A stretch of DNA of 58,066 nucleotides, taken from NCBI GenBank assembly GCA_009787025.1, contig WRGT01000070.1, forward strand, positions 1 through 58,066, given 5' to 3'. The notes under the pieces are model-generated. The model ran no database searches and was not told where the DNA came from. It saw only the letters and a program-made list of their open reading frames with translations. Below, in pieces: positions 45,456-54,274 of the stretch. Position 1 is the stretch's first letter. Every line of letters begins with the position of its first letter. A program made the position numbers and the translations under genes. Source of the stretch: Spirochaetota bacterium. Lineage in GTDB: Bacteria > Spirochaetota > UBA4802 > UBA5550.

Positions 45456-45719
45456 ATGGAGGTCGATGTGGAAGCAAAATTAACCTTAAAATTAGACAAA
45501 TCGGCTATTGATTCGGCAAAAAAGCATGCGAAAAAACATAAACAGAGCCTGTCAAGAATGGTTGAGAATTATTTCAGAAACTTGTCAACAGAACCCAATT
45601 ATAATATGAAGCATTCTTCTGTTGTTGAAAGCCTGACCGGTATCATATCTGAGGATGAATTGGAAAAATTTGCCCGAGAAGATGAACGGGCAAGATATAT
45701 CTTGAAGAAGAAAATATGA
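45456..45719 (+). CDS. VapB-type antitoxin (DUF6364-like)
   Basis: ..EAKLTLKLDKSAIDSAKKHAKKHKQSLSRMVENYFRNL resembles the small antitoxin family found upstream of PIN toxins. The start could instead be GTG 45468, which has GGAGG 5 nt upstream. Confidence 0.6.
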   Translation: MEVDVEAKLTLKLDKSAIDSAKKHAKKHKQSLSRMVENYFRNLSTEPNYNMKHSSVVESLTGIISEDELEKFAREDERARYILKKKI

Positions 45720-46153
45720 ATAAGAAATTATTTATAGATTCGGACATAATTCTGGATGTTTTGACCAAACGGGATGAATTTTATGAATCTGCAGCTCTAT
45801 TATTCGATTTAGGGTATGAAAAAAAACTGAATTTGTATACAACAGCCGTTGTATTGGCAAATGTTTTCTATTTTTTGCGAAAAAAATATGGAACAGAGAA
45901 ATCAAAAGAACAGTTGAAAAAACTACGACTTATAATGAAGGTATTGCCAATAAATGAAAAAATAGTTGATGATGTATTGGCTTCAAAATTTGGAGATTTT
46001 GAAGATGGTCTCCAGTATTTCTCCGTAAAAAAAAGTGGAATTCCTGTAATAATTACAAGAAATATCAGAGACTACAAAGTGAAGGATGTAATTATACAAA
46101 CTGCGGAAGAATACATTAAAATAAATCAAAGCACACTATTTGTCATGAAATAA
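45716..46153 (+). CDS. vapC: PIN-domain ribonuclease toxin
   Basis: 145 aa. LFIDSDIILD (first acidic residue), FEDGLQY and ITRNIRDY. There is a 4-nt overlap with the antitoxin gene. Confidence 0.75.
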   Translation: MNKKLFIDSDIILDVLTKRDEFYESAALLFDLGYEKKLNLYTTAVVLANVFYFLRKKYGTEKSKEQLKKLRLIMKVLPINEKIVDDVLASKFGDFEDGLQYFSVKKSGIPVIITRNIRDYKVKDVIIQTAEEYIKINQSTLFVMK

Positions 46154-46229
46154 ATAGAGAGAAGAGAGAACCGGGAGATTGTGAAATAAAGTTTGTAAAA
46201 TAGAAAAATCGTGGAGACATTTTAAATAG

Positions 46230-46269
46230 ATATGCCCATTGATAAAGAAATAATCGACTCTGTAATTGA
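46230..46269. repeat. right copy of the 40-bp direct repeat (authentic suhB start)
   Basis: Identical to 45361-45400. Includes the suhB ATG at 46232. Confidence 0.95.
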
Positions 46270-47035
46270 ATTCAGCAGAAATGCAGGGAATATTTTGCTT
46301 GCCGGTTTTAGATCTGAAAAAACAGAAGTGAGATACAAAAGCAGAACAGACCTTGTAACTAATATGGATAGAGAATCCGAAGAGTATATTGTATCTGCTA
46401 TTGAAAAAAGGTTTTCCGCCCATTCAATAGTTGCCGAAGAGGGAAGCTCAAGAGATGGAGATAGTGATTTTATCTGGTATGTAGATCCGCTTGATGCAAC
46501 AAACAATTTTGCACACGGCATTCCTTTTTTTTGTGTTTCCATTGGCATCTATTCAAAAGCTGAAAAATGTATTGTCTGCGGAGCTGTTTTTGACCCCTGC
46601 CATAACGAGATGTTTCATGCAGTAAAGGGCGGAGGAGCCTTTTGTAACGGATTGTCTGTTAAGGTTTCGGCTATTTCGGATATTGGCATTGCCCTCCTTG
46701 CAACAGGTTTTCCCTATGCTAAAGATAATATGGATAAAAATAATCTGACTGAGTTCGGCAGATTTCTTCCAAATATTCAGTGTATCAGGAGAATGGGGTC
46801 TGCAGCTCTTGACCTTTGCTATGTAGCGTCGGGCAGGATTGACGGATTTTGGGAGCCTCTCCTTAAACCGTGGGATACTGCTGCAGGCAGTCTTATAGTA
46901 CAGGAGGCGGGCGGTACTGTTACCAAATATGACGGATCTGATTACGACCCGGAGTATCCGCAAATTTTAGCTTCAAACGGAGCGCTGCATAAACAGATGA
47001 CTGATATTTTAACTTCAAGGCAGCCGGTATTTTAA
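46232..47035 (+). CDS. suhB: inositol monophosphatase family protein
   Basis: 267 aa. Has EEG.., WYVDPLDATNNF and WDTAAG motifs. Confidence 0.85.
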   Translation: MPIDKEIIDSVIEFSRNAGNILLAGFRSEKTEVRYKSRTDLVTNMDRESEEYIVSAIEKRFSAHSIVAEEGSSRDGDSDFIWYVDPLDATNNFAHGIPFFCVSIGIYSKAEKCIVCGAVFDPCHNEMFHAVKGGGAFCNGLSVKVSAISDIGIALLATGFPYAKDNMDKNNLTEFGRFLPNIQCIRRMGSAALDLCYVASGRIDGFWEPLLKPWDTAAGSLIVQEAGGTVTKYDGSDYDPEYPQILASNGALHKQMTDILTSRQPVF

Positions 47036-48321
47036 TGGAACAAACGGCAAGCGTAAGTTTTTATACTGTTGCAGAGATAAATGTGCTTATTAAATCTTTA
47101 GTGGAAAATAATCCCCACCTTAATAATATATGGGTAAAGGGTGAGATATATAATCTTACATATCACTCATCAGGTCATATCTATTTTACATTAAAAGATG
47201 ACACATCTACTGTTTCAGCAGTATTTTTTCGCTATGCAAACAAAAATTTAAAATTTAAGCTTGAAGACGGTATGAAGATTTTAGCCTATGGCGGAATTAC
47301 CCTCTTTGAAAAAAGGGGAAGCTATCAGTTTAATGTTATTCAGATTCGACCTGAGGGTATTGGAGAATTACAAAAGAGGATTGAACAGCTAAGAAAGAGA
47401 TTATCCGAAGAGGGGATATTTGACAAATCAAGAAAAATCGGGCTGCCCTTTCTTCCTAAAAGAATAGGGATTGTTACTTCACCGACAGGTGCTGCTGTAA
47501 GGGATATTATTAAAGTTGCATTAAGACGTTATCCTAATATTGAAATTATTATTGCTCCGGCAAAGGTTCAGGGTGAGGATGCTCCGAAGTCTATAGCGAC
47601 GGCAATTAAGGAATTGAATAAACCAGAATGGATGATTGATTTAATTATTGCAGGGCGGGGAGGGGGTTCTTTTGAAGACCTTATGCCTTTTAATGAGGAG
47701 ATAGTTGTAAGAGCTTTTGCCGATTCAAAAATTCCCATAATCTCGGCAGTTGGTCATCAGATTGACCATCCTCTGTGCGATGATGCGGCGGATATATCTG
47801 CTCCCACTCCGTCGGCTGCGGCAGAGATCGCTGTGCCTGTTAAATCCGATATTGTTGACGAGATTGAATACTTTAAAATCAGAATGTCAAATTATATTAC
47901 AAGGATCTTTTCACAAAATAAAATATCTTTACAAAATGTTGTAAGTAAAAGAGTATTTAAAAATCCTTTTGAGATATTGAATATGCGTCAAATGACACTC
48001 TCCGATGTTGAAAACAGGATGACATACTCTATGAAAAACAGCGTATCTGTAATGAAAGAGAAATTTTTAAAGATTAGAGATATTCATCAACTCCAAAAAA
48101 AGATATTCATACAGAAGAGGCATGACTTTGAATTATCAGTTCAAAAGATTAACAGTTCGTCGCCGTTAAATATTATGTCTAAGGGATACTCTGTTGTTTT
48201 TGACGGCAATAAGTCTGTAATAAACTCAATAAAAAAAGTAAAACCGGGAGATAAGGTGAACATAAAATTTATAGACGGCACATCTGGCGCTGTAATTGAC
48301 TCTGTTATTAAGGAGAAATAA
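47035..48321 (+). CDS. xseA: exodeoxyribonuclease VII large subunit
   Basis: 428 aa. N-terminal OB fold (VKGEIYNLTYHSSGHIYFTLKD), GIVTSPTGAAVRDI and ISAVGHQIDHPL. Confidence 0.9.
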   Translation: MEQTASVSFYTVAEINVLIKSLVENNPHLNNIWVKGEIYNLTYHSSGHIYFTLKDDTSTVSAVFFRYANKNLKFKLEDGMKILAYGGITLFEKRGSYQFNVIQIRPEGIGELQKRIEQLRKRLSEEGIFDKSRKIGLPFLPKRIGIVTSPTGAAVRDIIKVALRRYPNIEIIIAPAKVQGEDAPKSIATAIKELNKPEWMIDLIIAGRGGGSFEDLMPFNEEIVVRAFADSKIPIISAVGHQIDHPLCDDAADISAPTPSAAAEIAVPVKSDIVDEIEYFKIRMSNYITRIFSQNKISLQNVVSKRVFKNPFEILNMRQMTLSDVENRMTYSMKNSVSVMKEKFLKIRDIHQLQKKIFIQKRHDFELSVQKINSSSPLNIMSKGYSVVFDGNKSVINSIKKVKPGDKVNIKFIDGTSGAVIDSVIKEK

Positions 48322-48618
48322 GTGGAAAAGAATAAAAAGACTTTGCAAAAAACAACTTTTGAGAGCGCGCTTAATGACCTTGAGTATATTGCAGATAAGC
48401 TCGAAAGCGGCGAACTTGGACTTGATGATTCTATAAGTGAATTTGAAAAAGGGATAAAACTTGCAAACTATTGCCGTTTGAAACTTGAAGAGGCTGAAAG
48501 AAAAATTGAAATACTTCAAAAAGGGGAAAACGGCGAAGTGAAATCCAAACGTGTTGCCGTTAAGAGCGATACGGGCGAGATAGAAGATGATGAAGAGCTT
48601 CAAGGGTCTCTTATATAG
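48322..48618 (+). CDS. xseB: exodeoxyribonuclease VII small subunit
   Basis: FESALNDLEYIADKLESGELGLDDSISEFEKGIKLANYC. GTG start directly after the xseA stop. Confidence 0.85.
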   Translation: MEKNKKTLQKTTFESALNDLEYIADKLESGELGLDDSISEFEKGIKLANYCRLKLEEAERKIEILQKGENGEVKSKRVAVKSDTGEIEDDEELQGSLI

Positions 48619-48667
48619 TGGTTCGTGATTAGTGATTAATTGTGGGGGGAATAAAAGTTACATTTTA

Positions 48668-48916
48668 CGTCATTGCGGTACATGATAAGCAATTAGTACA
48701 TTATCTCGTCATTGCGAGCGGCTCGGTAATGTTTTAGTATAGATTATGTAACCTGCGCGTGGCAATCCAGAGTTTTAATTTATTATACAATTATCATCTA
48801 AATTTTTAGATTTAAATTTTTAACTATGCACAGTAATAAGGTAAAATTATTCCACGGATTGCCACGCCGAGTTTATTCTGTAGTACAGAAAAATTTAAAC
48901 ACGGCTCGCAATGACG
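48668..48916. repeat. nested-palindromic element copy 2 (MITE-like or inverton-like)
   Basis: IR-left cgtcattgcgagc (48707-48719) and IR-right gctcgcaatgacg (48904-48916). The core matches the reverse complement of 19161-19372. Confidence 0.75.
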
Positions 48917-48991
48917 CAAAATGGGGCTTTTGTTATAGCCTATGTACGATTATCCGACACAGAGATTTTATGAATAGGGGGGAAAGAGAAA

Positions 48992-49396
48992 ATGAGGAAA
49001 ATGAGGAAAATGAGTATTATAAAAAAGATAGTTATATGTATGTTTACAGGTTTAACCGTTTTGGGCTGTTCAAAAGATGAGACTATAAAGTTCTGCGAAG
49101 GTGTTGATAATGATGGGAATGGCGTAAGGTGCGGCAGAAAATTTACAACAGGGGATATAACAGGCGTAATAAACACTAATAAGCCATTTGAAGCGGAGAG
49201 TCTCATTTTTAAAATTATCCGCATCGAAAATAATTCTAAAATTATAGAAAAGACTATTAATCTAAAAGTTGAAAAAGATAAAAATAAGGCTAATGCTGCT
49301 CTGCCTTTTTATAACGGAGGGAATTATAAGGTGGAGCTTTTTAAACAGGATGAACTTTTTGCAGAAGGATCAATAGAAATAATTGATACCCTGTAA
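48992..49396 (+). CDS. small lipoprotein of unknown function
   Basis: Signal MSIIKKIVICMFTGLTVLGC. Three in-frame ATGs lie 9 nt apart (48992, 49001, 49010) inside a 9-nt tandem repeat. Confidence 0.6.
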   Translation: MRKMRKMSIIKKIVICMFTGLTVLGCSKDETIKFCEGVDNDGNGVRCGRKFTTGDITGVINTNKPFEAESLIFKIIRIENNSKIIEKTINLKVEKDKNKANAALPFYNGGNYKVELFKQDELFAEGSIEIIDTL

Positions 49397-49401
49397 CAGA
49401 T

Positions 49402-49896
49402 TTATTCTTCATTATCTAACGGTATTTTTTTATCCTCTCTGTAAACAACAATTACAAGGAGTAATGCTCCTGCTATTATGAGCATATCGGCTATATTGAA
49501 TGTGGGCCATCTATATACGCCGTCAACTCCGATGGAGATAAAATCCACAACACCCGGTCTTCCTGAAATCAGCCTGTCAAAAATATTTCCTGCAGCGCCG
49601 CCTATTATTAAAGCCATGGCTATCCTAAAAAGCTGAGGCATATTTTTTTCATAAAAGTAGTAAAAAATCATAATAATAAGCACTATGATTGAAACAATCA
49701 AAAAGAAGAGTTGATGTCCCTGCATTATTCCAAAGACTCCGCCCTTATTATAAGTAAGATCAAAGCGCAGGAATCCCCCCAGATAATCAAAGGTTGTATA
49801 GAAGCCAAGTGAACTCATTGCTATTTTTTTTGTTATTGCATCTGCAGCAAAGACAGTTAGTACGGTAATCGCAGGTATAATATGTTTCTTCATCAT
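49402..49896 (-). CDS. lspA: lipoprotein signal peptidase II
   Basis: 164 aa with 4 TM. Has NKGGVFG, GGAAGNIFDRL and WPTFNIADM motifs. Downstream of ileS, the classical ileS-lspA arrangement. Confidence 0.9.
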   Translation of the reverse strand: MMKKHIIPAITVLTVFAADAITKKIAMSSLGFYTTFDYLGGFLRFDLTYNKGGVFGIMQGHQLFFLIVSIIVLIIMIFYYFYEKNMPQLFRIAMALIIGGAAGNIFDRLISGRPGVVDFISIGVDGVYRWPTFNIADMLIIAGALLLVIVVYREDKKIPLDNEE

Positions 49897-49920
49897 TTTT
49901 TCCTATCTATATATTTTTTA

Positions 49921-52680
49921 TTACAGCCGTATATCTTTCACTACAGCCGTACATCTTTCGCAAAGTTCAGGGTGAGCCGGGTCACTTCCAAGTTCATCAA
50001 AGAAGTTCCAGCATCTGACACATTTTTTACCGCTGCTTTTTGATGCCAGGATTGAAGACGAATCGTAGTGCGTCATCTCTCCGTTTTTATCTGTTAAATC
50101 TACCTTTGCCACTTGCAGAAATCTGCGCAGTTCCTCGCCCATGTTTTTCATGGTGTTATGTGCAGACTCATCTTTAACGGATATTTTAATCTCAGCCTCA
50201 AGTGACGACTTGATTATTTTATCACGCCTTAAATCCTCTAAGGATTTTAGAAGATCCTTTTTAATCTCAGCTACCTGATTTATTTTGTCATGTACGGTTT
50301 TGTTATTATATTTTTCATTCAACTTATAGTATGTTTCGGTATGGATAGAATTTTTCATACCCATAAAATTCCATATCTCTTCAGATGTAAATACTAATAT
50401 AGGCGTAATTAATCTAACGAGCGTATTATAGATTTCACTTAAGACCGTAAGATTTCCCCTTCTTATTTTTGCATTCTTGGCTTCAACATATAAAATATCT
50501 TTTGATACGTCAAAATAGATGGATGAGAGTTCTATGGCGCAAAAGTTAAGTATTTTTCTATAAACTAAATGAAATTCAAATTTTTCATAATGATTGATAA
50601 CCGCGTCCGAAAGGTGGTATAACTTATGCAGCAGCCATTTATCAACATCTGTGAGTTCTTCGTATGGAACCTTGTCGCTCTCGGAAAAATCCGCAATATT
50701 CCCTATAAGGAATTTCATTGTATTTCTGATTCTGCGGTATGAATCTGCAACCTGATTCATCATATTCATTCCGAGTCTGACATCATTTCTGTAATCCTCA
50801 GACGATACCCACATTCTAAGTATATCAGCGCCGAATTGTTTAATAAGCTCGTTAGGTTCGATGCCGTTTCCGGCAGATTTACTCATTGCTTTGCCATGCT
50901 CATCTAAGATAAATCCGTGGGTTAGGACAGCATCATAAGGAGCGCGTCCCCTGAGAACAAGTCCGGGCCAGAATGATGATTGAAACCAGCCTCTATGCTG
51001 ATCGCTTCCCTCAAGGTACATGTCTGCCGGCCATCTGTGATCCTTCCATTTGTCAAGGACAACAAATTGTGAAACGCCAGAATCAAACCATACGTCAAGT
51101 ATATCAAATTCTTTGGTAAAATTTTCAGATCCGCATGAACACTTAGTGCCTGAAGGAATCAGTTCCTTTATATCTTTTGTGTACCATGAATCTATCCCGT
51201 CTTTTCGTGATAGACTTGCAAAAAACTTAACGGATTCGGCAGTCATAAGATTCTTTCCGCAATCGCTGCATTTAAATGACGGGATTGGCACTCCCCATGA
51301 CCTCTGTCTTGAGAGGCACCAGTCAGGTCTGGTCTCAACCATGCTTCTAAAGCGTGTTTCTCCCCATGCCGGAACCCACTCGACCTGATCTACTGCCTTT
51401 GAAGCGGATTCTCTAAGACCGTCAAGCTCCACATCAAGGAACCATTGTTCTGTTGCTCTGTATATTACAGGTTTTTTACATCTCCAGCAGTGAGGATATG
51501 AATGTTCAAGTTTATCGGAATATATAAGAGCAGCCTTAGCCTCAAGGAGTTTGACAATCTCCGGATCGGCTTTAAATACATGTAAGCCTTTCATCTCGGG
51601 AAAGTCCGACGTGTATTTACCTTCGTCATCAACTACGCAGTACACTTCAAGATTATTGGCAAGTCCTATAATATAATCATCGTATCCGTGACCCGGCGCA
51701 GTGTGTACAATACCCGTACCGTGTTCAAGCGTTACGTGATTTCCAAACATAACCTTTGATTCCCTGTCAATGAAAGGGTGTTTTACATGAATATCTTTTA
51801 AATTGTCGCGCGTCAACGGAAAGACTTCCGAGTGTTTTAATCCTGTAACTGATTCAAACTGTTCTAAAAGACCTTTGGCAATGATTAAATATTCATCGCC
51901 GAATCCGTATGAACAATAGTCAAAGTCAGGATGAAAACTCAGTCCAAGGTTTGCCGGAATTGTCCAAGGTGTTGTGGTCCAGATTACAACGGATGTTTTG
52001 TTCTTGTCTCCGCCGAATTTTATTGATGCGCTTTCTACGGGAAACTTTACATAGATAGATGAAGACGTGTGCATGTCATAAATGATTTCAGCCTCAGCAA
52101 GGGCAGTTTCACAGTTCGGACACCAGTAGATGGGTCTTTTATTCTTGTATATATACTTTTTTTCCAGAATCTTGCCGAATGTCTCTACTATGATTGACTC
52201 ATATTCCGCATCCATAGTAATATATGGGTGTTCGTAATCTCCAAAAACGCCAAGTCTCTTAAACCCGTCCATTTGTATATTGATATATTTTGCAGCATAA
52301 TCGCGGCATTTTTTTCTTATTTCAACTTTGGATAATTTTTTTATATCTCCGCCAAGCGCCTTTGTTACATTGAGTTCTATGGGCAGCCCATGACAATCCC
52401 AGCCCGGTACATATAGTGATTTATATCCCATCATAGATTTATGTTTCACTATCATGTCTTTGAGAATTTTATTCAATGCGTGACCCATGTGGAGATCGCC
52501 GTTTGCATAAGGCGGTCCGTCGTGGAGTATATACACCTGCGCCCCGCTGCGTGACTCTAAAATCTGTTCGTATATTTTTTCATCCTCCCATTTTTTAACC
52601 ATTGCAGGTTCTTTTTGGGGAAGATTTGCCTTCATCGGGAAATCGGTTGTCGGAAGATTTACTGTTTTTGAATAATCCAT
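49921..52680 (-). CDS. ileS: isoleucyl-tRNA synthetase
   Basis: 919 aa. HMGHALNKILKD (HIGH), KMSKSAGN (KMSKS) and C-terminal zinc-binding Cys pairs (CVRCWNF..CERC). Confidence 0.95.
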   Translation of the reverse strand: MDYSKTVNLPTTDFPMKANLPQKEPAMVKKWEDEKIYEQILESRSGAQVYILHDGPPYANGDLHMGHALNKILKDMIVKHKSMMGYKSLYVPGWDCHGLPIELNVTKALGGDIKKLSKVEIRKKCRDYAAKYINIQMDGFKRLGVFGDYEHPYITMDAEYESIIVETFGKILEKKYIYKNKRPIYWCPNCETALAEAEIIYDMHTSSSIYVKFPVESASIKFGGDKNKTSVVIWTTTPWTIPANLGLSFHPDFDYCSYGFGDEYLIIAKGLLEQFESVTGLKHSEVFPLTRDNLKDIHVKHPFIDRESKVMFGNHVTLEHGTGIVHTAPGHGYDDYIIGLANNLEVYCVVDDEGKYTSDFPEMKGLHVFKADPEIVKLLEAKAALIYSDKLEHSYPHCWRCKKPVIYRATEQWFLDVELDGLRESASKAVDQVEWVPAWGETRFRSMVETRPDWCLSRQRSWGVPIPSFKCSDCGKNLMTAESVKFFASLSRKDGIDSWYTKDIKELIPSGTKCSCGSENFTKEFDILDVWFDSGVSQFVVLDKWKDHRWPADMYLEGSDQHRGWFQSSFWPGLVLRGRAPYDAVLTHGFILDEHGKAMSKSAGNGIEPNELIKQFGADILRMWVSSEDYRNDVRLGMNMMNQVADSYRRIRNTMKFLIGNIADFSESDKVPYEELTDVDKWLLHKLYHLSDAVINHYEKFEFHLVYRKILNFCAIELSSIYFDVSKDILYVEAKNAKIRRGNLTVLSEIYNTLVRLITPILVFTSEEIWNFMGMKNSIHTETYYKLNEKYNNKTVHDKINQVAEIKKDLLKSLEDLRRDKIIKSSLEAEIKISVKDESAHNTMKNMGEELRRFLQVAKVDLTDKNGEMTHYDSSSILASKSSGKKCVRCWNFFDELGSDPAHPELCERCTAVVKDIRL

Positions 52681-53174
52681 AGGGTCACCTTAAACTTTGG
52701 TCTATTTTTTAAATTATAATTATATGGTCTTTTTGATTACAATATGTTTTAAATTACAATATGTTTTTGATTTCAATGCGGGCGGCAGAATGCCGCCCCT
52801 ACAAAGATTTTTTAAATCAAATGTGAATTAAAAGGTCTTTATGCGGGGGATAATTGTCAATATTTTTTTACCACGAATGATACGAATAATCACGGCAATA
52901 TTTTGTGTTTGAACAGGGATTTATGATATTATAATGATTTTGTGATTAGGCTCCACACGGAAATTTATTGAATTACAAATTATTATTTGTATGGATAAAT
53001 TTGTAGAGATAAGGCATGCCTTGTCTCTACGGATGGTACCTGACACAAAACAATTCCCTGCGACGAAACAAATTGTTTTTTGTTGCAACATACGCGCCGT
53101 ATTATAAAATACAAACATTGTCTCATAATACACCGTAAGGACGCAAAATCGTAAGGGCACAAAAATTTGTGCCA

Positions 53175-53534
53175 CTACGGGTTAAAACCAATTGTCTTGG
53201 TATTTTGAGGCTGTTCTATAAGATTGTTCAGGGCAATAATGATTTCATTTATCCGCTTATCGTTTTTTTCAATGTAGAGCATAAGGAGTTTCCGCAATTC
53301 GACAATTTGTTCATCTTTGCTTTGCGAAAGTACATAGCGTCTTAATTTTACAAAAGCCCGCATGATGTTGATGTTTACATTTATCGCTTTTGGGCTGTTA
53401 AGGACAGATGCCAACATTGCAACTCCCTGTTCGGTAAAAGCATAAGGCATAAAGCGTCTGCCTCCGTGCTGTAAACTTGAGATTCCATTCTGGAATATCA
53501 AGTTTTTCCATTCGTCTTTATTAAGTTGAAACAT
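53175..53534 (-). CDS. ORF6N-domain protein, N-terminally truncated relative to the family
   Basis: MFQLNKDEWKNL..GGRRFMPYAFTEQGVAMLASVLNSPKAINVNINIMRAFVKLR. In the full-length relatives I remember, about 40 residues with a DNA-binding N-half precede the ..DFMFQL.. segment. Confidence 0.6.
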   Translation of the reverse strand: MFQLNKDEWKNLIFQNGISSLQHGGRRFMPYAFTEQGVAMLASVLNSPKAINVNINIMRAFVKLRRYVLSQSKDEQIVELRKLLMLYIEKNDKRINEIIIALNNLIEQPQNTKTIGFNP

Positions 53535-53587
53535 AAAATCACCGGGGAAAAGGGGTCAGAGCCTTAGCATTGATTTAAAAAAAAGAC

Positions 53588-53615
53588 TTGACATGTGTCT
53601 GCTATGGAGTACACT
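53588..53615 (+). promoter_or_regulatory. candidate sigma70 promoter of the RelE/ParE-HigA-type pair
   Basis: TTGACA (53588-53593), 16-nt spacer, TACACT (53610-53615). ATG 53622 follows 6 nt later. Confidence 0.45.
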
Positions 53616-53621
53616 ATCTTT

Positions 53622-53936
53622 ATGAAAGATGAAAATATATATAAAGTCATAACAACGGATACTTTTGATAATTGGTTTGAAAATTTAAAGAGCATAAAAG
53701 TCAGGTCTCGTATTGCTGATAGAATAGATAGAATTAAAGAAGGAAATTTAGGAGATACAAAGCCTGTTGGTAACGGAATATCCGAATTAAGATTTCATTT
53801 TGAATCAGGATATAGGATTTACTTTATCAAACAGAATAATACGATAATTATATTACTCTGTGGCGGCAATAAAAAATCGCAAAGTAAAGATATTAAAAAA
53901 TCGCAAAGTATTGCAAACGAGGTGCGAAATGGTTAA
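53622..53936 (+). CDS. RelE/ParE-superfamily toxin (addiction module killer protein type)
   Basis: ..TDTFDNWFENLK..RIADRIDRIKEGNLGDTKPVGNGISELRFHFESGYRIYF..IIILLCGGNKKSQSKDIKKSQ matches the killer-protein family pattern. I prefer ATG 53622. Confidence 0.7.
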   Translation: MKDENIYKVITTDTFDNWFENLKSIKVRSRIADRIDRIKEGNLGDTKPVGNGISELRFHFESGYRIYFIKQNNTIIILLCGGNKKSQSKDIKKSQSIANEVRNG

Positions 53937-54258
53937 ATTAACAAAATGGGATTCTTCAAAATATTTAGATAGCGAAGAAGCTATTGCTGAATATCTTAAA
54001 GCGGCTTTTGAAGATAATGATATACATCATATTACAAGAGCTTTATCAAATGTTGCAAAAGCAAGAAATATGACAGAACTTGCTAAAAAAATGGGAGTCA
54101 GCAGAACAGGACTTTATAAGACACTTTCTGAGAATGGCAATCCTGAATTTACAACAGTTTTAAAACTTATCAATGCTCTTGGTTTACAAATTACTATTTC
54201 TAATCCTAAAGAACAAAACTTATCAGTTCACTATGAAACATCCTTAAAGAAAACGTGA
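53929..54258 (+). CDS. HigA-family antitoxin (addiction module antidote protein, HTH)
   Basis: MVKLTKWDSSKYLDSEEAIAEYLKAAFE..ITRALSNVAKARNMTELAKKMGVSRTGLYKTLSENGNPEFTTVLKLINALGL. The toxin-first order and 8-nt overlap are typical of this pair. Confidence 0.7.
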   Translation: MVKLTKWDSSKYLDSEEAIAEYLKAAFEDNDIHHITRALSNVAKARNMTELAKKMGVSRTGLYKTLSENGNPEFTTVLKLINALGLQITISNPKEQNLSVHYETSLKKT

Positions 54259-54274
54259 TGGCTGATTTTAAGTT

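Noticed and set aside
48826-49224. ORFs 48826..49080 (+) and 48940..49224 (-).
   Set aside because: They read through the nested-palindromic element and the 9-nt repeat. The second is antisense to the lipoprotein gene. Neither has any coding signature.
52681-52920. T-box or other riboswitch leaders upstream of the aminoacyl-tRNA synthetase genes (ileS, serS at 6777-6931, pheS at 28958-29139).
   Set aside because: I could not find a T-box consensus (AAnnnGGGTGGTACCGCG-like), a specifier-loop architecture or terminator/antiterminator pairs. Only short unrelated hairpins are present. An Infernal scan would be decisive.
52921-53175. 84-aa ORF between ileS and ORF6N.
   Set aside because: It is composed almost entirely of hairpin and word repeats (palindrome 53003-53030, GGCACAAA hairpin). 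It has no SD and no domain.
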